This document shows positions 1 to 12,920 of a stretch of DNA of 57,742 bases, in pieces. The notes below the pieces were generated by a model. The model was not told where the DNA came from. It searched no databases and was given only the letters and a program-made list of their open reading frames with translations. This DNA comes from Chiloscyllium plagiosum (lineage: Eukaryota): positions 62,001-119,742 of the forward strand of contig NW_025215356.1 of the NCBI RefSeq assembly GCF_004010195.1, given 5' to 3'. The position numbers and the translations under genes are program-made. How positions within the stretch are numbered: the stretch's first letter is position 1; every line of letters begins with the position of its first letter.

Positions 1-151
1 CAGGAAATGCAGAAGCAAATTGACTGTCCGCAATTTACAAACATTCATACTTAAAAGCAAGGTCCCACACATGGGTGCAATTTTGAAGACCCAACAGACT
101 AACATTTCCTGTACTTACAAAAAGCTACTTTACATTGTCTTGTATTGTGTT

Positions 152-222
152 TGATTGAATGGCGGAGTGGACTCGATGGGCCGAATGGCCTTACTTCCAC
201 TCCTATGTCTTATGGTCTTATG
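152..222 (+). mobile_element. Very short LINE 3'-terminal insertion; near-identical inverted copy at about 35063-35132
   Basis: tgattgaatggcggagtggactcgatgggccgaatggccttacttccactcctatgtcttatggtcttat matches the reverse complement at 35063-35132 with few mismatches. Confidence 0.75.
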
Positions 223-404
223 GTGTTCCGTCTTATATTCAAATCGTCTTAAGCTCAGCTCCAGAGTGGAAACCCTTCACAAGTCAGGGACTGCCTGTAC
301 TGCGAAAAGTATTTTAGCATTGGAGGTAGTTGGGAGAAGGTTAATTCAGGGAACGGATGAATTTTCTTATGAGGAGCAGTTGAACACGTTGGGACTGAAT
401 GATG

Positions 405-760
405 GTATGGGATGGACCAGATCTAAAATTTGAAGTTCAAATTGGAGAAAGGCCAATTTTGACGGTATTAGGCAAGAACTTTCAAAAGCTGACTGGGGGC
501 AGATGTTCACAGGTAAAGGGACAGCTGGAAAATGGGAAGCCTTCAGAAATGAGAGTCCAGAGAAAGCATATTCCTGTTAGGGTGAAAGGGAAGGCTGGTA
601 GGTATAGGGAATGCTGGATGACGGAAGAAATTGAGGGTTTGGTTAAGAAAAGGAGAAAGCATATGTCAGGTATAGACAGGATAGATCAAGTGAATACTTA
701 GAAGAGTATAAAGGCAATAGGAGTATACTTAAGAGGGAAATCAGGAGGGCAATACAGGGG
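405..760 (+). mobile_element. CR1-clade LINE ORF2 internal fragment
   Basis: Matches the reverse complement of 41880-42200 (..RECWMTEEIEGLVKK..). Confidence 0.8.
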
Positions 761-809
761 TGGCTGATGGGATCTAACTCGATGTGTGCGTTGATAGAGT
801 TCTGGTTGA

Positions 810-1071
810 AATTATCTATCAACTAACACATTGAGTTAGACCCCCATATACCACTCCCTGAGAAATAGAACAGGAAATGATGTCACCACAGGAAATGCCA
901 TCACCAACCCAAACATATAAATAGAAAGCAGGAATTATCAAGTGCTTCGCCCAGAGGTCCACAAAATATTACCCAATAGGGTGATGAAACATCTGGAAAT
1001 GAACCTTCCAGCTCAGCGAACAAACCTACATCCAGAACCTCAACCTGAGCTACAAATCTTCTCAAAACTTG
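810..1071 (+). mobile_element. Penelope-like 3' fragment related to 45972-46450
   Basis: Shares ..cacattgagttagaccc.. and ..gagctacaaatcttctcaaaact with the reverse complement of 45975-46230. Confidence 0.65.
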
Positions 1072-1707
1072 CCAAGAGGGCATAATCTCACTGAATTGGA
1101 AGAGTTCATTACAACAGAGGATTGTCAAAGCTGAGTTGTTATGTATAGTCAAGACTGAGATAGACAATTTTTAACCATTAAGGCAATCAAAAGTTGCAGA
1201 GTTAAGGCAGGAAAGTGGATTTAAGGATAATCAGATCATACATGATCTCCTAGAATAGTGAAGCAGACTTGATGGACAAATAGCCTCCTGCGTCAGCGTC
1301 ATATGGCAAGTGTACCTTTCTGTCTAGTCTCCAGTCTTCACCTGCCCCTCCTTCCCAGCACTTCTCTCACCAGATTTCCCCTCTGTTTACGCCAGACAAT
1401 GTCATTTCAATATCTTTTCAACTTCTTCCTTCAATGCTCCCACAATCTTCACTGACCCATGCTGTGCTGGTTCCTGAACACATTCCTTCCCATTACTCCT
1501 TACATGCACCTCAGCATCTGCATCACATTCGTATCCATTCATTATATCATCTTAAAGTTGCCCAAATTTTTGTACTGTACAGGTCAGCTTGTCTCAACTG
1601 TCTTGTACATTTTTTCAGTTTCAGCAATACCTTGCCCTAACACACCACTATACTCTTCCAATTAGTACAAGATCGAATCCATTGCTTAATTTGCATCTAT
1701 CACAACT

Positions 1708-2435
1708 TAATGGTCAGGTCCTGAGGGAGTGTTGCTGAACAAAGAGACCTTGGAGTGCAGGTTCATAGTTCCTTGAAAATGGAGTCGCAAATAGATAAGA
1801 TAGCGAAGAAGGCGTTTAGTATGTTTTCCTTCATATAGGAGTTAGGAGGTCATGTTGCGGCTCTGTAGGACATTGGTTAGGCTACTTTTAGAATATTGTG
1901 TGCAGTTCTCATCTCTCTCCAATAGGAAGGATGTTGTGAAACTTGAAAGGGTTCAGAAAAGATTTGCAAGTGTGTTGCCATGGTTGGAGGGTTTGAGCTA
2001 CAGGGAGAGGCTGAATACACTGGGGCTATTTTCCCTGGAGTGTCAGAGGCTGAGGGGTGACCTTACAGATTATAAAATCATGAGGGGCATGGATAGGATA
2101 AATAGACAAAGTCCTTTCCCTGAGTTGGGAGAATCCTGAACTAGAGGGCATAGGTTTAGAGTGAGCAGGGAAAGATTTCAAAGGGACCTAAGGGGCAACT
2201 TTTTCACGCAATGGGAGATGTGTGTGTGGAACAACCTGCCAGAGGAAGTGGAGAAGGCTGGTACAATGACAGCATTTAAAAGACATCTGGATGGGTATAT
2301 GAATAGGAAGGGTTTAGCAGGATATGGGCCAAGTGCTGGGAAATGGGACTAGATTAATTTAGGATATCTGGTCAGCATGGAAGAGTCGAACCAAAAGGTC
2401 TGTTTCTATGCTGTACATCTCTATGACTATGATTC
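1708..2435 (+). mobile_element. CR1-clade LINE 3' end (HER1-like)
   Basis: [38 protein letters not shown], then 3' tail ..ctgtacatctctatgact. Confidence 0.9.
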
Positions 2436-2881
2436 TAACTAACCCAACTTATTTGAAATGACTCACTTTTTCCAAGGCTTCTCCCATATCTTTACACCTT
2501 CACTTTGTTCTTATTCGTTTTAATTGTTAATCTGCTTCAAAAGCTCAAAACGAATCCTTGCAGTTCAGCCTCAAATTATGACATAGCCCAATGTCTCAAC
2601 AAACGTTCAGTACTTACCCTTCACCAAGTTTCTCCAACACATCAAAGACCTCTTCTGGCTGCTTAGTCAAACTGTCTTCGCTTAATTTTTTCAGAGACCT
2701 GTTGTCACGAGAGTGGAAGAAAATAAACATTTTAAAAATCAAATTTTGGAAAGAACACAGAAGTAAGTTTAATGTCAGTACCCAATCCTTCTTTAGTCAC
2801 AACTCTGGTAATCCCATTTTAAATTGGCATTACTGTGATGAATGCCTTATCTTCTGCTTAACTCCAATTACAATTTTTTTT

Positions 2882-3174
2882 AAGATTAGATTACTTACAG
2901 TGTGGAAACAGGCCCTTCGGCCCAATAAATCCACACTGACCCGCTAAAGTGCAACCGATCCAGACCCATTCCCCTACATTTACCCCTTCACAACACTATG
3001 GGCAATTTAGCATGGCCAATTCACCTAACCTGCACATTTTTTGGACTGTGGGAGGAAACCCACAGACACGGGGAGAATGTCTGTGTGGAGTTTGCACAGT
3101 CGCTTGAGGCGGGAATTGAACCCGGGTCTCTGGCGCTGTGAGGCAGCAGTGCTACCCACTGTGCCACCATGCCG
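2882..3174 (-). mobile_element. tRNA-derived SINE (HE1-like shark SINE)
   Basis: A/B-box head (GGTTCAATTCCC on minus), LINE-like 3' tail and (TCTAA)n terminus. Confidence 0.85.
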
Positions 3175-4494
3175 ACCTGACTTTCTTGTCAGATCTCTCA
3201 TACCCCTTCATTCCCATTAGATCCATTCTTTGCAAGGACTGAAAATTCCTGGACGTCCATTCAACAAGTGTTTTTGACCTTAAAGTTCAGGTCTATTCAA
3301 AATTTAGGAATAACAATAAACTGATGCTGACAATTTAACTGATTATCAGTCACGTTTCAATATTTGGTTCAATAATATAGCTTCCAAATTGGATAGCTAT
3401 TGCAAATTATTCTAAAAAAGGTGCTTTTTTTTTTAAAACAGTCATCACTGTGATCATGATTAAAGGATTGTCTTTTAAGGTCTTTGTCCTACAGTTCCAC
3501 TTATTTGATGGAAAAATTCCTTCCATATTCAAATCTCCTAAAATGTGAAAGAATTCCAGACTCAAATCTGGCAAGAGCTGAGCACTAGTTAATCAATAAA
3601 CACTTGCATCACAGAGGATGACAAACACCTCACAGCAATTTATGCAACTGAATCTTCATTGACTGAGTGCACTATTCTAGAAAGACAACATTCTTGTCTG
3701 GGAATATTGATGAAAAGATAGACATGCTGCAAAAGCTTTATATCTTGTACTTATCAGGGCAAATAGGAAACAAGAATGTTAAGTTTCGAAAAGATCACAA
3801 CCATTTATACTGCAGCAGAATAGGATGCTGATAGGTTGGCAGGTCAACTCTCACTGGCTGAGGTATTGCCATGAAGGAAGTAACAGGGAACTGCAAGTTC
3901 CTCAAGTAATTCAAAAAAAGGCTAGGCTTGAACAAGTTCCTCTTATTTGCAGAGAATGAGTCACTGTGTTATGTCACTTCCAGTAACACGTGAGCCACAT
4001 TGGTAGCTCAACTGGCTAACATTAGCACACACACAGGATTTAAAGAAACATAAAAGATAGGGTCAAGAGTAGGCCATCAGACCCCTTCATCCTTCTCCAA
4101 CGTTCATGATGATCATGGCAAATTGAGTTCAATACTCTAATTCTACCCTTGCCCAATATCCCCTGATCCCTTCAGCCACAAGAGCTATAGGCATATATGA
4201 AAAATAATGTTTTGACATCCACTCTCTGGGTGAAGCAATTTTTCATCTCAATCCTAAAAGGTTTACCACTTCTCCTTAAACTAGGATGCTTGGTTCTGAA
4301 CTCCTCCACCTTCAGGAACATCCTTACTGCATCTACCAGTCTAGTCCTGTTAGAATTTTATGGGTTTTAGATCTCTTTCTTCTAAATTTCGGTGAATACA
4401 ATCCTGACCAATCCAACCTCGCCTTATATGTCAGTCCTGCCACCTTAGGAATCAATTTGGCAGACCTTTGTAACAGCAAGAGCATCCTTCCTTA

Positions 4495-4759
4495 GGGCGG
4501 CACGGTGGCTAGCACTGCTGCCTCACAGTGCCAGAGACCCGGGTTCAATATTTACACATTCTCCCGGTGTCTGCGTGGGTTTCCTCCAGGTGCTCCAGTT
4601 TCCTCCCACAGTCCTAAAAATGTGCAGGTTTGGTGAATTGGCCATGCTAAATTGCCTGTAGTGTTAGGTAGCTGGGTGGGTTGCTCCTTGGAGAATCGGT
4701 GTGGACTTGTTGGGCCGAAGGGTCTGTTTCCATACTGTAAGTAATCTAATCTAATCTAA
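4495..4759 (+). mobile_element. tRNA-derived SINE (HE1-like)
   Basis: ggcggcacggtggctagcactgctgcctcacag..gggttcaa..; ends in gtaatctaatctaatctaa. Confidence 0.85.
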
Positions 4760-4909
4760 AACTGCATGCAATATTCCAGGTGAGGCCTCACTAATGCCCT
4801 GTATAATTGCAGCAAGACATTTTCGTTCCTATAGAACTCCCTCGCTATAAAGACAAACATACAATTTGCTTTCTTTCACTTCACTTGCCTTCAGCAACCT
4901 GTGCATGAG

Positions 4910-5110
4910 GAGAAAGTGAGGACTGCAGATGCTGGAGATCAGAGCTGGAAATGTGTTGCTGGAAAAGCGCAGCAGGTCAGGCAGCATCCAGGGAACAGGA
5001 GAATCGACGTTTCGGGCATAAGCCCTGAAGAAGGGCTTATGCCCGAAACGTCGATTCTCCTGTTCCCTGGATGCTGCCTGACCTGCTGCGCTTTTCCAGC
5101 AACACATTTC
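4910..5110 (+). mobile_element. Penelope-like short fold-back element with hammerhead-like core
   Basis: Perfect 81-bp inverted repeat (4946-5026 / 5032-5112). 15-bp TSD CAACCTGTGCATGAG (4895-4909 / 5111-5125). The same terminal sequence ends the GIY-YIG element at 33365-34350. Confidence 0.8.
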
Positions 5111-7206
5111 CAACCTGTGCATGAGTACAGCTAGGTGTCATTGAACATTCCCCCCTCTCAGTTTACAGCCAAACAATAATGTACCTTCTAATTCCTGCTA
5201 CCAAAGTGGATACCTTCACATTTATCCACATGACACTGCATTTGCCTACTCACTCAGCAGGTCCAGATCACACCAGCACCTCTGCATCCTCCACACAGCT
5301 CACTCTTCCATCCAGTTGCACCATCGGCAAAGCTTGAGATATTACACTTTGACTCTTCATCTAAATCGTCAACATTTGATTGCTCAGCTATGCTGCCCAA
5401 TCAGAATCACATTTAACTGTCAACTTTTGATCTTGCGGTTCATAACTTCACAGCAACGTAAGATAGTTTGCAGCACTGAAGTGCAATAACTAGTGTAGTG
5501 CAACAAAACACTACCAACAGTGAGAAACAGCATGGAAACAAATCAAATATTCTGTTCCTTTTGCATCACCAATACTTGGATTGAACTTCAAACAAGCTGT
5601 GGCTCTTCACTTTATAAAATAATCTGCTGAAAAGCGACTGGATAGAAGCCTTTAAGGGATCAGTTGGTGCGGTGTGAAATAAATAAGGAACTTCAATTTG
5701 TTAGGAGACCAAAATGTAGAGCCATAAATTGCTTTATCAGTGACTATCTTCTAAAGGGGAATTTAGGAGAAAAAGGTTTTTGTCTAAAGAGTGTTTAGAA
5801 TGTGGAACTGGCAACAACATGGAGTAGCTATGGTGAATAGCACATAAGGGGAAGCTCAACAAAATGACAGACAAAGAAATGAGAGGATATGTTGACAGCG
5901 TTAGATGAAGTTCACGTGTAACAGAGGCACTATCACAGACCAGCTGGGCAGAAGGGACTGTTTCTGCGCTGTGGTGTTTTCACAATTCTTTGGTTACATT
6001 CTGCATTTTTTTTAATATAAAAATGGGCCGAGACTCTTCATCTTGGTTTCCCAAACAGCAACAGCCATTATTTCAATGTTATTCAGTACATGCATGCTGC
6101 TTCTGACAGCCTTCTACTTTGATCATGCAATTCACTTACAATGAACAGATTACAGACCATCTGCTGTCTCTTGGGATACTGAACCTGTGAATAGAGATGT
6201 CACCTGATATTTGTCTGCAACCAAAAATGGTGTTTCTGCAGCTTAGAACATAAGTAGCAGACCAGATCACAGTATACTTGAGTAGACCACCTATTGTTCA
6301 TTCAATCTTTACTGACATGATCTGCTCTTCACATGCTTCTACATTTGCACATCCTGGCACACATCTACCTCTTGCTTCATGTCCCAAAATATTGCCGCAC
6401 AAACTGTACACAAGTCGAGGTCATTACAGAGCTCCTACGTGTGGAAATTGCTGTCAAAAGGTTGCACGTGACAAGAGGACAGAGTACATTTCTTTTTGAT
6501 GCTGCTTATTTTATCAACTGCCCAGAGGCGTCAACAGCTGGCAAGCCCGATGGCCATAGCCTCCTCTGGGGGTTGAGGGAAGACATTAAGGAAATGTAGT
6601 CAGTGGCTTATCAGCCAGCCCCACATGAGAATGACCCCGCCTCTGACGGTTACAAACCCTGGAAACTGGCTTGTAAGTGAGCTTCAAGTGAGGATTTCAG
6701 AACCCTATCAGTAGCGTACACTCCCATCAAGCAGGCGGACATCACAGAGCTCTTCCTGTGATCTCCCACCCTTACTTGGAGATAACGCAGAGGCTAAACC
6801 ACAATGACATGAATCATACTTTACTCCCTGTACACCTCCCAGTCCCTGTGGAACGCCAAACTAGACTTAATTACATGTTAAGCAAAACTAAACATTTTAT
6901 CTGGCTGTACGCAGTGATGCAAAACTGTACCAAGTTAAGGCACAGTGCAAATGGAATTCATCTAATTATTCCTGTTTATTTTTAAATTCAACCTCCACCT
7001 ACTCCACCTAAAATGCCCACAAACTGGCATCATTTCAAAGCATCTGACTGTGCTTGTTATTTCAGTCCAATTTTTGTCCTGTTAGCAAGTACAGTTTTGT
7101 CATTGACCAGCAAAGCCTTAATGGTCTCAACAAAGCAGTGCGAGAATCAATATCCCAAATTGGCAAAAATTGAATTTCTCTTTATACTCCAGTCGTTTAC
7201 CTAGCT

Positions 7207-7483
7207 GTAGCAGACAAGCAGGAGGCTGGAAGAACACAGCAAGCCAGGCAGCATCAGGAGGTGGAGAAGTCCACGTTTCGGATATAACCCTTTTTCAGGA
7301 ATGGGGGTGGGGATAGAGGGAGCTGCAGATAGAGATAGAGGTGGGGGGGGGCGAGGGCAGAAGTCGGAAGGATCATGCACGAAACATAAACTTCTCCATC
7401 TCCTGATGCTGCCTGGCTTGCTGTGTTCTTCCAGCCTCCTGCTTGCATACTTTGGATTCCATCATCTGCAGTTTCTTGGTCTC
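7207..7483. mobile_element. Penelope-like short inverted-repeat element
   Basis: Inverted arms (agcaggaggctggaagaacacagcaagccaggcagcatcagga / tcctgatgctgcctggcttgctgtgttcttccagcctcctgct). TSD TTTAC(C/T)TAGCT at 7196-7206 / 7484-7494. Confidence 0.7.
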
Positions 7484-7760
7484 TTTACTTAGCTATCCCA
7501 GGTTGCCTAGCTTAGCACCAGAACGGCATTGTCTACCTTGGGTGAAAAGTTTGAAATTGTAAGCCCTACTCTGGAGTTTTGAATATGTAAGTCCCAGCTG
7601 ATATTTCAGCCCAGCACTGAAAGAGGCTGTACAGCCAAAGATGCCACCTTTGGGATCAAACATTAACTTGAGGCCCAACCTGCTCTCTCAGTGGACATAA
7701 AAGATCCTCTGGATCCAGGTGTTGCACTCCAGAACTCCATGTAGTTAGGATAAAACTGGA

Positions 7761-7959
7761 CGAAGGTGAGGACTGCAGATGTTGAGGATTAGAGTCAAGA
7801 GTGTGATGCTGGAAAAGCACAGCAGGTCAGGCAGCAAACAAGGAGCAGGAAAATCGGCGTTTTGGACAAAAGCCCTTCATCAGGGCTTTTGCCCAAAATG
7901 TCAATTTTCCTGCTCCTATGATGCTGCCTGACCTGTTGTGTTTTTCCAGCACCAGTCTC
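7761..7959. mobile_element. Penelope-like short fold-back element, older copy of the 4910-5110 family
   Basis: Same arms, diverged. TSD TAGGATA(A/G)AACTGGA at 7746-7760 / 7960-7974. Confidence 0.75.
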
Positions 7960-8999
7960 TAGGATAGAACTGGAGTCAGTCTTGAACATTTTATAGGGAT
8001 TTATGTCCACAGATGCATATTATTAATCCAATAATCATAGTTGTTCAATCCTACATATGGGAGACACAAGTGGATCCCCATTCTAAGTCCAATAATCTGC
8101 ATTCAATTCAATATAATGAGCATACAGTTAACACTACCTGAAAAGGAGGGAACTCACCCACTCATAACCAATGGTTGTCCTTCGTAACAATATCGGTAGA
8201 AAAGAGGGTCTGCTCAATCTCCCTGGAGTCTGCGAGAATTTGTGTGTCAAGTTTCTTACATTACAACAGTGATCACATTTTCAAAGTGCGTAATGGCTGC
8301 AATGCACTTTGGGCAGTCCTGAAGTTTTGACTAGAACCATGTAAATATAAGTCTCTCTCTTATTTGTCACGTGGTTCATTTCCATAGTTAACCTGACTAA
8401 TTATTGAAGACAGTCATTGAGTACTGCAGCAGTTAGGACACAGATACAAAATCGGTCAGGTTTTATATTTATCTAACAGTATTGCAAATCCATTTATACT
8501 CTTGAACTCTGCTTACAAAGAGCAGCACTGAGCTGAAAGCAGGATAAGTATTGACCAATATATAACCTTTGTGGCACTCCTCAAATCTGAAGTGTCAAAA
8601 GAGGAAGTGATGGCACCCAATAGCTGGAGCAGTTGAGAATTCCTTTTTTGTTTCTTTGGCTGCAAGCCCTCTGAAAAACAGAGGCAAACAGCATGTTGCT
8701 CAGAATTACATCTCAACATACTAATTAAGAGGGAAGTAGGCCCCTGAACCCCTCGAGTCTGCTCCACTATTCAATAAGATCCTGACCAATCTGATTACTA
8801 CACATTCCCACCGACGCATAATATCCTTTCACTCCTGACCATTCAGCTCTACCAGAGACCAGCTACAGCTTTGCTTTAACTTGCTCACTGCCATATTCAA
8901 ATTTCTCTGTTACCCTCAGCCCTCTGCAATCTCCTCCAGTTCTGCTTACTTCTACTATTCCCACTTACTTTGGGGAAACGTTCGCCATTCAGCTCATGA

Positions 9000-9310
9000 G
9001 AATCTTTGTCCAATGGGAGAAGCGTCTGAAACCAGGGGCCATAAGTTTAAGATGAAGAATAAGAGTGGCTTAGAGGTTGGAGAAATAAGAAGTGTTCACC
9101 CAGGGGGTAGTAGAAATATGGAACATACTGCCTGAGGGCATGGTGGAGGCAGGTACTCTCACAACCTTTAACAAGCATCTGGATGAGCACCAAAAATGCT
9201 AGGGCATACTAGGCTATGAGCCAAGTGCAGTTAAATGGAATTAGTCTAGTTTTGTTGGTCGGCACAGAACAGATATGGTGGTCCAAAGGCCAGTTTCTAT
9301 GCTATATGAA
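9000..9310 (+). mobile_element. CR1-type LINE 3' fragment
   Basis: accaggggccataagtttaag..tggaacatactgcctgagggcatggtggaggcaggtac.. and a CR1-type tail. Confidence 0.75.
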
Positions 9311-9879
9311 GACAGAAAAGGTGCTCTACAATTGTCAGTTAATGCTGATAATTTAAGAATCCAAAGAGTAGATTTTTTTTTTACAAAAAGAAATCTCATA
9401 AGCGCTATTGCAGAAGGCAAAGGCACAGAATTTGCCATTAATCAGCCACTGGTTCTGTTGATAAACTTACAGTAATGATGCAACTGGGCTGACAACAGGA
9501 ATTAAATGGCCCTCAGCACTCGAGGGATTATTGCTGGCAGTGGCCAGTGTGTATGAGTTGCTCACTGGCTGCATGAAGACTAATGGTGGAACTTCCAAAG
9601 CCACAGTGGATATTTTCTTTAAAACCACAATCCAGCAAGACTTATTCAATCATCCTAGAGTTAGATCACAAATTCCGACAAATCACAACTTCCTGCCATT
9701 GAGAGAGAGAGATGGAAGGTGTCATCAATAATGCTATCAGGCAGCACACTGCTCACAGATGCAGAGTTTGGGTGATGTCAGATTCATCACCCTCCTAACT
9801 TAAATTCCCTCTGATCTCTCTTGCGGCTGTGCTGACCTCCAATATGTATGCACATCAATTGGCAAGCACACACACTCCT

Positions 9880-11050
9880 AGCAGTTTAGAGGGAACATTG
9901 CTCCTGACCTCACTGCAGCCTCAGTTCAAACATGGACAAGAGAGCCGAATTCCAGAGATGAGCCAAGAGTGACCGCCTTTAACATCAAAGCCACATCTGC
10001 CTGTGCATTAAGAAGCCCTATCAAAACTGCAGTGAATCGGAATTGGTGGCAACTCTTTGCTGATTGGAGTCATACCAGGCACAAAAGACAATGGCTGTGA
10101 TTGGTGGAGGTCAGTCATCTCAGCTGCAGACATCTCTGCAGGAATTGCCCCAGTATTTGCAGCAGCTTCACCAATGACCTTCCCTCCATCCTAAGGTCAG
10201 ACATGAGGATGCTCACTGACGATTGCACAACTTCCAGCAACTTCTGCGACTCTTCAGAGCTGGACAACATTCACACTTGGGACAACAAATGGTATGTATC
10301 AAACGGACCACACAAATGCCAAGCAATCAGCATCTCCATTGAAAGAGAATTTAACCATCACTCCTTGACATTCAGTGGCATTACCATCACTGAATCCCAC
10401 ATTATCAACATATGTAGGGTTACCACTGACCAGTAACTGAATGGGAGAGTGGCCATAAGGTCAGGATGGGAATCCTGCAATAAGAAACTCACCACTTGAT
10501 TCCCAAGCCTGTACATCACCTACAAGGCACAAGTCAGGAATGTGATGGAATTCCTGCTACTTGCCTGGATAAGCACAGCTCCAACAACCTTCAAAAAGCT
10601 CGACACAATCCAAGACAAAGCAATCTGTTTGATTGGCTCCACATCCATAAACATCCATTCCCTGCATCATCACCATTCAGTAGTGGCAGGGTGTATTACC
10701 TATAGGATGTGCTGCAGGAATTCACCAAGTCTCCTTCAACAGCACTTCCTAACCTCATTGTTACTACCATTGAGAAGGTCAAGGAGAGCAGATTCATGAG
10801 ATCACCACCGGCAAGTTCCCCTCCAAGCCACCCACTATCTTAACTTGGAAGTACATTGTCACTTCTTCAATGTCGCTGGGTTAAAATATTGGAACTCCCT
10901 CCCTTACTGCATTGTCAGTTTACCTCCATAAAATGAAGTGCAGCAGTTTAAGGCAGCAACTCATCACCACCTTCTCAACTGCATCGAGGGATGGACGATA
11001 AATGCTGGCCCAGCCAAAGACATCCAGATCCCACGAATGAACAAAGAAAA
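9880..11050 (+). mobile_element. Decayed CR1/L2-group LINE (RT to 3' end); a partial minus-strand copy lies at about 25935-26270
   Basis: Degenerate RT motifs (FSSFTNDLPSILRSDMRMLTDDCT; LDTIQDKAICLIG) and an A-rich 3' tail. Confidence 0.75.
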
Positions 11051-11789
11051 AATGACCACTGATGTGAGTGTCCAATATCATAACATTACCACATCCAACT
11101 ATCCATGATTCCTGCTGAATCAGTACCATTGCAAATATCCAAATGCCATCCAAAAAATGTTGGCCCACACCCCCCAGATAGCCCACTAACAATCACTGTC
11201 ATCACCACTGCCTAGCCACTCCTTAAAAACAACTGTAACCAGTGTTTTGGACACTTGTCTCCATTACACTTTACTACAGAAAGCTTCACTTAGGCAACGT
11301 AGCGGGGAGGAAGTGCCTCTGTGCCCCTCAACACATAACTCAAAGGTCAGTGTCAGAAAAAGATGAGGCATAGTTTCATAAAGCACAGAAGAGGTCCTTT
11401 GACCATCAATTGTGTGTGAACCCACCTACACTAATCCTTACTCTTCAGCACTTGGCCCATAACCCTGAATGTTATGGCATTTCAAGTGCTCATCCACGTA
11501 CGTTTTAAAGGATTATGTGGATTCCTGTTTCTACCAACCGCCCAGGCAGCGCATTCTAGACTCCCATCACCCTCTGCGGAGTCCAACATTTTGAGTAAGC
11601 ATGAATCAGTGGACACTATTAATAGTCAGATAAGTTTAGAGTTAATTATGGCATTCAAACCCCTCAATTATACAGGGGTAATCATGCCGTATAGGAGACC
11701 AGCAGTTCCAATTTATCGACAGTTATCCATATATTTGGTCTGCAATGCAGACAGAAATATTGATTAGTGAACTTGCAAGGCTTTGTCTT

Positions 11790-12150
11790 GTTCACCCATC
11801 ACCATAGCACTTCAGTTTGGAGATCTCCTGATTTCTAAATTCCTCTGTTTTCTCTCCCTCTCTATTTTTGTAACCACCTCCAGCTTTAAAGCTTTCCAAC
11901 ATCTATATGCTCCTCCAATTCAGCTCTCTTGCACGTTCCCAATTTTCATCATTCCATTCCAGGTATACATGGCTTCAGATGCTAGACTCTAAGCACTTAG
12001 ATTCCCTACCAAAACATCCCTGCATCTTTGCCCTTAAAGCCCTCCTTGAATCAGCTTGTTTCAACTAAGCTTTTAGTCACCTGCACTCATGTCAGATGTA
12101 GCTCAGTGTAATGGTTCTGTTAAAGTGCTGATAGAAATGCAAGCTGTTGT
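11790..12150 (+). mobile_element. L2 LINE 3' fragment
   Basis: cccatcaccatagcactt..atttctaaattc..gtgctgatagaaatgcaagctgttgttg, an L2-type terminus. Confidence 0.6.
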
Positions 12151-12920
12151 TGGAACTGATTTTGGACCCTTAGGAAAAGAGAGGGAACTTAAATATATTA
12201 AGAACCTGGTTAAGTAAGAGTTAACTAGTCAGATGGGCTTCACGATATTGACAATTGACTCTAGCTTTTAGTCATTTATATCATAATGCAAACATTTTGT
12301 TTTCTACAGGAACAATGGACAGAACCATGCAGCAATATTCTGGTCACACTTTCATGAAGTTCATATTGTATCCAATGTTAATGTTCCATTGCCTCTAATG
12401 GCCTGGGGGAGCGGAAAGAAATTTCTTATCCATATTCCTGGAGGAAAACACTTTGAAAAGCTCCAGGATCACCCATCTCAAAATTCCATACATCACAGTA
12501 CCCAATCACATTCCTTAAAGGACACTGTTGGGGAACAGGAGGTGCATTTATGTTAATTGAAGTCTGGTACTTTCCTATTCAAATCTCATGCCACTTTTAA
12601 AACTATGTATCATAAAAATCTAAGTAGTATCCAGTACAGGAGGCCCTTCAACCCAGTGAGCTTGTGCCTAATCTTCGAATGAACTACCAATTAATCACAT
12701 TTTCTGCTCTGTCCCCACGTCCTTACGAATTCTTTCCCTTCAAGTATTTATCCAATCCTACTTTGCATGTTATTATTCTAGGATCTCCCCATTCCCACTG
12801 CTTTTTCAGACAGTATATCCCACATGACAACGCGATGTATAAACATTATCCTCCAATAACAAATTACATTTACACAGTGCCTTAAGCAAACTAAAACATC
12901 CCAGGGTACAGAGGAATCAT

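Larger units (their letters stand above)
4045..5380 (-). mobile_element. Old CR1-type LINE interrupted by a SINE (4495-4759) and a Penelope-like element (4910-5110)
   Basis: Degenerate CR1 3' region on the minus strand that resumes on both sides of each insert. Confidence 0.65.

Noticed and set aside
3085..3174. tRNA-like sequences (also at 4495, 23489, 39970, 50600)
   Set aside because: SINE heads with A/B boxes attached to SINE bodies; no intact cloverleaf.
4829..5134. Mirror-image ORFs on both strands
   Set aside because: A consequence of the 81-bp inverted repeat.
6369..6455. Possible minus-strand exon (ELCNDLDLCTVCAAIFWDMKQE, AG|GTAGAT)
   Set aside because: Weak acceptor and no recognisable homology.
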